In this document: in pieces, positions 58,594 through 64,000 of the stretch
Numbering within the stretch: position 1 is the first letter of the stretch
How the letters are laid out: each line of letters opens with the position of its first letter
From: an uncultured Verrucomicrobiae bacterium
Lineage (GTDB): Bacteria > Verrucomicrobiota > Verrucomicrobiia > Palsa-1439
Length of the DNA: 64,000 nt
Assembly: GCA_963712025.1 (NCBI GenBank)
Contig: CAVQGJ010000011.1
Coordinates: 135,929 to 199,928, forward strand
Direction of reading: 5' to 3'
Notes under the pieces: generated by a model
The model's database searches: none
What the model saw: only the letters and a program-made list of their open reading frames with translations
Told to the model about the DNA's origin: nothing
Made by a program: the position numbers and the translations under genes

Positions 58594-59523
58594 CTACGAA
58601 GTAAGGGTTTTGCGCGCGGCTTCAATATCCGCCGTGATTTGTTTCCGCAACGCGTCCACCGAGACGAACTTCTGCTCGTCACGCAATTTCGACAGGAAAC
58701 AGACCTCGATGTCCTGCGCGTACAGGTCGCGGGCAAAATCCAGGATGTGGACCTCCAGCACGCGCCGGGGTTGCGCTCCTACGAACGTGGGGCGGAAGCC
58801 GATGTTCACCACGCCGCCGAGTTGTTCCGCGCCGATGATCACCCGCACGGCATAGACGCCGTCGGGGGGCAACACCTCGTCGCGCGGATCCAGATTGGCG
58901 GTTGGGAAACCGAGTTGGCGGCCGCGATGGTCGCCCGGCTCGACCGTCCCGAGAATCGAGAACGGCCGTCCCAGCATCGCCGCGGCGCGGTCCAGATGGC
59001 CGCGCAAGACATGTTGCCGAATCGCCGTCGAACTGATCATCTCGTCGCCCAGCTTGACCGATTTGATTTCCTTCGCCACGAACGCGTACTTCGGGGCCAG
59101 CGCTTCCATGAGCCGCACGTCACCGGCGCGATCGCGCCCGAACCGGAACCGGGTGCCGACGCAGATCTCCTGGAGCGGATGGGTGTGGCGCGCGACCATG
59201 TCGATAAACTGTTCGGCCGGCGTCAGCGAGAATGCCTTGTCAAACTTGACCAGCAGGCAGGCATCGACCCCGAGTTTTCCCATCAGCGCGAGTTTATGCT
59301 CGGTGGATGTCAGCAACAGCGGCGCCTTCTGCGGCTGGAGCACGCGCATCGGGTGCGGATCGAACGTCAACACCACCGACATGCCGCCACCGGCCCGGGC
59401 ATCGTCTCGCGCCTGCCCAATCACCTGTTGATGCCCGAGATGGACACCGTCGAATACACCGATTGCCAGGCAAACCTTTTGGGGATGCCCGGCGAATTCT
59501 TCAAATGTGCGGAATACCTGCAT
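58594..59523 (-). CDS. ribF: Bifunctional riboflavin kinase / FAD synthetase (read in frame with truB in this assembly)
   Basis: MQVFRTFEEF...CLAIGVFDGVHLGHQ, GFPTANL, and a riboflavin kinase C-terminus. Part of track ORF 58594..60249. Confidence 0.85.
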   Translation of the reverse strand: MQVFRTFEEFAGHPQKVCLAIGVFDGVHLGHQQVIGQARDDARAGGGMSVVLTFDPHPMRVLQPQKAPLLLTSTEHKLALMGKLGVDACLLVKFDKAFSLTPAEQFIDMVARHTHPLQEICVGTRFRFGRDRAGDVRLMEALAPKYAFVAKEIKSVKLGDEMISSTAIRQHVLRGHLDRAAAMLGRPFSILGTVEPGDHRGRQLGFPTANLDPRDEVLPPDGVYAVRVIIGAEQLGGVVNIGFRPTFVGAQPRRVLEVHILDFARDLYAQDIEVCFLSKLRDEQKFVSVDALRKQITADIEAARKTLTS

Positions 59524-60249
59524 TACGCCGCATCGGAGCCGAGGAACTTCAAGATGGGAATGATGAACGTCTGTCAACTGTTCGCGCGTTTGTTTCAACA
59601 CGTCGTCGAGGGAATGCGCCTCGTTGACGTCAAATTTGCCCGATCGCGTTCGCCGCAAGTCGTGGAGGTGCGCGCCGCAGCCAAGGAGGTCCCCGATCTC
59701 CGAGCACAACGTCCGCACATACGTCCCCTTCGTGCAGGCGACGCGGAACTGGATGCGCGGGAGGTCGAGCGCGATCACCCGCAGGTCGTAGATGTGCACC
59801 AGCCGCGGTTCGCGCTCCACCGTCTTGCCCTTGCGCGCCAGCTTGTACAGCGGCGTGCCCTGATGTTTGACGGCGCTGACCATCGGCGGCACCTGTTGAA
59901 TATCGCCCCGGAATTTCGCGAATACCTCCTCGATGTCGTTCTCCGTAAGAGGCGGCACCGGCTTCTCGGCAATGACTTGCCCGTCGGCATCCTGCGAATC
60001 CGTGGAAACCCCCAGCAGCATCGTCCCTTCGTACGCCTTGTCGTCGGACATGAGCCGGTCCTGCAGCTTGGTGGCGCGTTCCAGCACGAGGATCAGCAGG
60101 CCCGTCGCGGCGGGGTCCAACGTGCCGCAATGGCCGACCTTCCGGAACCCGAAATGGCGTCGCACCCGGTCCACCACGTCGTGGGAGGTCATCCCCGGTG
60201 GTTTGTCCACCAACAGGACGCCATCGAACGGTGTCAGTTGCGATTGCAT
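59521..60249 (-). CDS. truB: tRNA pseudouridine(55) synthase TruB (no PUA domain; no in-frame stop before ribF)
   Basis: GVLLVDKPPGMTSHDVV, VGHCGTLDPAATGLL (catalytic Asp), PPMVSAVKHQGTPLY. Confidence 0.85.
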
Positions 60250-60257
60250 GAGGGAAC

Positions 60258-61241
60258 CTACAACTTCGCCGCCGCCAACGCTTCGCTCACGGCCGCCAGC
60301 ACTTTGCGCTCGATCTCATGCGGCTCGCCGGAAAGGCGCGCGCCCGCAGCCTCGCGGTGGCCACCGCCACCGAAACGGCGGGCGACGGAGTTGACATCGA
60401 TCTTCGGATGTTTGGAGCGAAGGCTGATGCGGAACTTGCCCGGCTCGGTCAACTCCTCGAACAGCACGGCCACCACGACGCCCTCGATGGCGCGGGCATA
60501 ATCGATCAAGCCTTCCGTGTCTTCGCGTTTGGCCCCCGATTCCTCGAACATTTCCGTGGTGACCCACGTGTACGCGATGCGTTTGTGGTCGGCCAACTGG
60601 AGTTGCGCCAGGGCTTTCTGCAGCAGCATCAGCCGCGCGTATGGATAGCTCTCGTACACATGCCGGCAGATTTCGCCGACGTTGATCCCCGTGTCGACCA
60701 ATTCGGCAGCCACGCGCAGTGATTCGGCCGTCGTGCTGCTGTAACTGAACGAACCCGTGTCGGTCGAGATCGCCGCAAACAGGCAGGTGGCAATGTCCCG
60801 CGTGAGTGTGAACCCGCCCCGCTTCAACAAATCGAAGGCGATCTGTCCGGACGCCGGAGCTTCCGGGACGATCCAGTTGATCTCGGCAAATTTCTCATTG
60901 CTGACGTGGTGGTCGATGTTGATGAAGTGCTTTCGCTTGCCAATCCGCTGGGCGGCAGTGCCAACTCGTTGCCACGTGGAGATGTCGATGGCGATGACCA
61001 CATCGAAGTCCTTCGGCTCGGCCGGTGGTCGGGTGATGAGTTCGCTGGAGGGGAGAAAACGAAACTTCGTCGGCACCTCATCGTCATTCCAGGCTTCGAC
61101 CGTCTTGCCCAAATCTTTCAACATCAACAGCAGCGCCAGTTGCGAACCCACGGCGTCGCCATCGGGCCGGTAGTGGGTCAGCACCAGAAACGTATTCTGG
61201 CTGCGTAACAGTTCGCTGATCTGTTGGAGGACATCACTCAT
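60258..61241 (-). CDS. nrnA: DHH-family phosphoesterase, NrnA-like (oligoribonuclease / pAp phosphatase)
   Basis: LVLTHYRPDGDAVGS, INIDHHVSN, DTGSF, FGGGGHREAAG. Confidence 0.8.
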   Translation of the reverse strand: MSDVLQQISELLRSQNTFLVLTHYRPDGDAVGSQLALLLMLKDLGKTVEAWNDDEVPTKFRFLPSSELITRPPAEPKDFDVVIAIDISTWQRVGTAAQRIGKRKHFINIDHHVSNEKFAEINWIVPEAPASGQIAFDLLKRGGFTLTRDIATCLFAAISTDTGSFSYSSTTAESLRVAAELVDTGINVGEICRHVYESYPYARLMLLQKALAQLQLADHKRIAYTWVTTEMFEESGAKREDTEGLIDYARAIEGVVVAVLFEELTEPGKFRISLRSKHPKIDVNSVARRFGGGGHREAAGARLSGEPHEIERKVLAAVSEALAAAKL

Positions 61242-61587
61242 CGAGCGGTTCGCCTTCGATTTCGTCGAGCAAATGCTCGATGTGACTGGCCCGCGCCTCG
61301 GTTTCATCCAGAACAAACTTCAACCGCGGCGTATATTTCAGCACGATGCGGTGCGCCAATTCGTATTGGATGTGGCCGTGCTGGCGTTCGAGCACGTCCA
61401 GGGCGCGCTGCTTCTGCTCCGCCGAACCGATCACGCTCAGGTAGATCCGGCCATCCTTGAGGTCGGGGCTGATCTCCGCCGACGTGATGGTAATAAAACC
61501 ACAGTCGGTCAGGTTTAATCCCAGCACGACCTCGCTGACCTCGCGCTTGACCAATTCTGATACTCGTTCCATTCGATGGCTGCTCAT
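61234..61587 (-). CDS. rbfA: Ribosome-binding factor A
   Basis: MSSHRMERVSELVKREVSEVV...ITITSAEISPDLKDGRIYLSV... Confidence 0.9.
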   Translation of the reverse strand: MSSHRMERVSELVKREVSEVVLGLNLTDCGFITITSAEISPDLKDGRIYLSVIGSAEQKQRALDVLERQHGHIQYELAHRIVLKYTPRLKFVLDETEARASHIEHLLDEIEGEPLDE

Positions 61588-61679
61588 GGTGATGATGGCC
61601 CAGGGGAAGAATAGAAAGGGCGGCACGTCCGAAATCATTCCGTGTTTCGTCCTCCGCGTTGGGCGGTTGAGTTATTGGG

Positions 61680-63989
61680 TTACAAACTCGCTGCGACCTT
61701 CTCGACCGTATAGCACTCCAGAACATCGCCTTCCTGGATTCCCGGAAAATTCTCCAGACGCAACCCGCATTCAGAGCCGGCCTTGACCTCGCGCACGTCA
61801 TCCTGGAAATGTTTGAGGCTGGCGATGCGGCCCTCATACTGGACAGCTTTGCGTCGTAACAACCTCACCCGGGCGCTGCGCGCGATGCGTCCGTCCGTGA
61901 CCAGACAGCCGGCCACCGGCGGCCCCTTGGAAAGTTCGAAGACCTTGCGGACTTCGGCATGACCGACGACGGCCTCCTTCGATTCAGGCTCCAGCAGGCC
62001 TTCCATCGATTCTTCCACCTGTTCGATCAATTCGTAGATGATGGTGTACAACCGGATCTGCACGTTCGCGTTCTTGGCTGCGTCGGTGACTCCACTCTCG
62101 GTCTTGACCCGGAACCCGATGATGACGGCTTCCGAGGCGCTGGCGAGCAGGACGTCGTTTTCCGTGATGCTGCCGACCGCGCCATGGATAATGTCGAGTT
62201 CGATCTTCTCGCTCTTCAGCTTGCGGAGGGAATCCGCGATGGCTTCGAGTGAACCTTGCACATCGGCCTTGAGCACGATATGCAGTTTCTTCATCTCGCC
62301 ATCCTTAAGCTGGCTCAGGATGTCCTCGAGCCGTGAACCGCGCGGTTGCGCAGTGGCCGATCCGCGGGCGTCCTGCTGGCGTTGTTCGCCGAGGGCGCGC
62401 GCCTCTTTGTCGGTCTTCATCACATTGAACTCGAGACCGGCCTCGGGCAGACCGGAGAGCCCGACGATCTTGACGGGGGTCGAGGGGGGCGCTTCCTTGA
62501 TGCGTTGCCCTTTGTCGTTGACCAATGCCCGAATCTTTGCCCAGAAGGCCCCGCACACGATGCCGTCCCCCACGTGGAGTGTTCCCTTGCGCACCAGTAC
62601 CGTGGCCGTTGGTCCCATGCCGGGCTCGATTTGCGCCTCGATCACGTTGCCCTTTGCCGGCACCTTCGGGCTCGCTTTCAATTCCATGATCTCCGCTTGC
62701 AGCAAAATCATCTCCAGCAGCGTATCGACGCCCTTCTTCGTGGTCGCCGAAACGTCGACGGTGATCGTGTCGCCACCCCACGATTCCGCGCTCAAACCGT
62801 GTTCCTGCAATTGTTTCTTGACGCGGTCCGGGTTCGCCGTCGGCAGGTCGCACTTGTTAATCGCGACGATAATCGGGACCTGTGCCGCCTTGGCGTGGCT
62901 GATGGCTTCGAGCGTCTGGGGCATGATGCCGTCGTCCGCGGCCACGACCAGTACGGCAATGTCCGTGACGTTGGCGCCCCGCGCCCGCATCTTCGTGAAT
63001 GCCTCGTGGCCGGGGGTGTCCAGAAACGTGATGGTCTTGCCGCCCGGAAGCGATACCACGCTGGCGCCAATATGCTGGGTGATGCCCCCGCTTTCGTGGG
63101 CGGCAACATCCGTCTTGCGAATCGCGTCGAGCAGCGAGGTCTTGCCATGGTCGACGTGGCCCATCACCGTGACCACGGGCGGGCGCGGCATCAAATCAGT
63201 CGCTTGTTCGCCGACTTCCAGGGGTTCGACCTTCCGCGGCGGGGCGTGAACGGTGCCGGCCCCGCGTTCGCGTTTCTCCAGCTCGAACAGGAACCCGTGC
63301 CGCTCGCAGATCTTGCGGGCGATGTCCTCCCCGATGGTCTCGGTGAGATTGGCGAAGACGCTCATCGCCATCATTTCGGCCAACAGCACGTGCGGCCTTA
63401 TGCCAATGCGCTGCGCCAGGTCGCGCACCACCACCGGCGGTTTCATCTGGATAACTTTGTTGCCTTTATCATCAACAATGAAGGCGGGCTGTGCCGGTCC
63501 CACTGGCGCCACGGCGGGCTTGGGGGCCGGCGCAAGCGGCGCTGTTGGACGTGGGGCCGTCGTAATCTTCACCGTTGGCTGCGGCAGGGGCGCGGAAACC
63601 AACCTCGGTGGCGGAGTCTTGGGCGTAACGACTGGTGGTGGCGGCAGAGCCACCGCGCTTGTCGCAACCTTCGCCACCGCCGGTTTGGGAGTTTCGACAA
63701 CCGCCTTGGGCGGTTCGATAACCACGGGCGGAGGTGGCAAAGTGGCCACCGCAGTCGCCGCCCCCGTCTTTTCGGCAGTCTCAGGCGCCGCGGAAGCCGG
63801 CGCTACGAGTGGTTCGGGTGCCGGCGGCGGCGGAACATACCCGTACTCCTTCTCGATCGATTCGGCGGTGATCTTGTCCACCGTACTCGAGTGGCTCTTG
63901 ACTGGATAATTCATGGTGTGCAGCTTGTCGATCATTTCCTTGTTCGACAGGCCGCAACGCTTGGCCAGATCGTGTACCCGAATACTCAT
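61680..63989 (-). CDS. infB: Translation initiation factor IF-2
   Basis: [23 protein letters not shown], Pro/Ala-rich linker, G domain [28 protein letters not shown]. Confidence 0.95.
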   Translation of the reverse strand: MSIRVHDLAKRCGLSNKEMIDKLHTMNYPVKSHSSTVDKITAESIEKEYGYVPPPPAPEPLVAPASAAPETAEKTGAATAVATLPPPPVVIEPPKAVVETPKPAVAKVATSAVALPPPPVVTPKTPPPRLVSAPLPQPTVKITTAPRPTAPLAPAPKPAVAPVGPAQPAFIVDDKGNKVIQMKPPVVVRDLAQRIGIRPHVLLAEMMAMSVFANLTETIGEDIARKICERHGFLFELEKRERGAGTVHAPPRKVEPLEVGEQATDLMPRPPVVTVMGHVDHGKTSLLDAIRKTDVAAHESGGITQHIGASVVSLPGGKTITFLDTPGHEAFTKMRARGANVTDIAVLVVAADDGIMPQTLEAISHAKAAQVPIIVAINKCDLPTANPDRVKKQLQEHGLSAESWGGDTITVDVSATTKKGVDTLLEMILLQAEIMELKASPKVPAKGNVIEAQIEPGMGPTATVLVRKGTLHVGDGIVCGAFWAKIRALVNDKGQRIKEAPPSTPVKIVGLSGLPEAGLEFNVMKTDKEARALGEQRQQDARGSATAQPRGSRLEDILSQLKDGEMKKLHIVLKADVQGSLEAIADSLRKLKSEKIELDIIHGAVGSITENDVLLASASEAVIIGFRVKTESGVTDAAKNANVQIRLYTIIYELIEQVEESMEGLLEPESKEAVVGHAEVRKVFELSKGPPVAGCLVTDGRIARSARVRLLRRKAVQYEGRIASLKHFQDDVREVKAGSECGLRLENFPGIQEGDVLECYTVEKVAASL

Positions 63990-64000
63990 GAGGCTGGTTT

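Overview
64-kb GC-rich bacterial chromosomal segment, almost entirely coding. The gene content is a sigma54-driven type IV pilus cluster, a PEP-CTERM protein, lpxK plus two GT9 heptosyltransferases, murJ, and infB-rbfA-nrnA-truB-ribF. This points to a Gram-negative organism, possibly PVC/Verrucomicrobiota-like; the taxonomy is inference only. Layout: (1) 1-1.6 kb: the 5' part of a free-standing reverse transcriptase that runs off the left edge, preceded by an exported tandem OB-fold protein. (2) 1.7-13.4 kb: type IV pilus cluster (pilC, PilR-like activator, pilin, a 5'-truncated pilin copy, pilMNOPQ, minor pilins, PilX-like) with four -24/-12 promoters. (3) 13.5-17.6 kb: second sigma54 activator, M50 protease, cca. 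(4) 17.8-19.05 kb: an AT-richer two-gene cassette, DUF5343-like plus Swt1-like HEPN. This is my best candidate for an undescribed toxin/defence module. (5) 19-34 kb: housekeeping and envelope genes (U32 peptidase, rpsU, uvrC, murJ, GT9, lpxK, PEP-CTERM protein, rnr). (6) 34-36.4 kb: ars operon. (7) 36.6-37.8 kb: an AT-richer solo SIR2-like gene. (8) 38-64 kb: folE, miaB, GT9, HU, hisS, aspS, accA, LysM-LDT, an atypical kinase, an HPr fusion, pnt genes, tRNA-His, hypotheticals, mutL and the infB operon. I saw no rRNA, CRISPR array, transposase or integrase. At least ten conserved genes between about 10 and 40 kb are split by single-base frame changes, several at homopolymers. Assembly error must therefore be excluded before any pseudogene interpretation.
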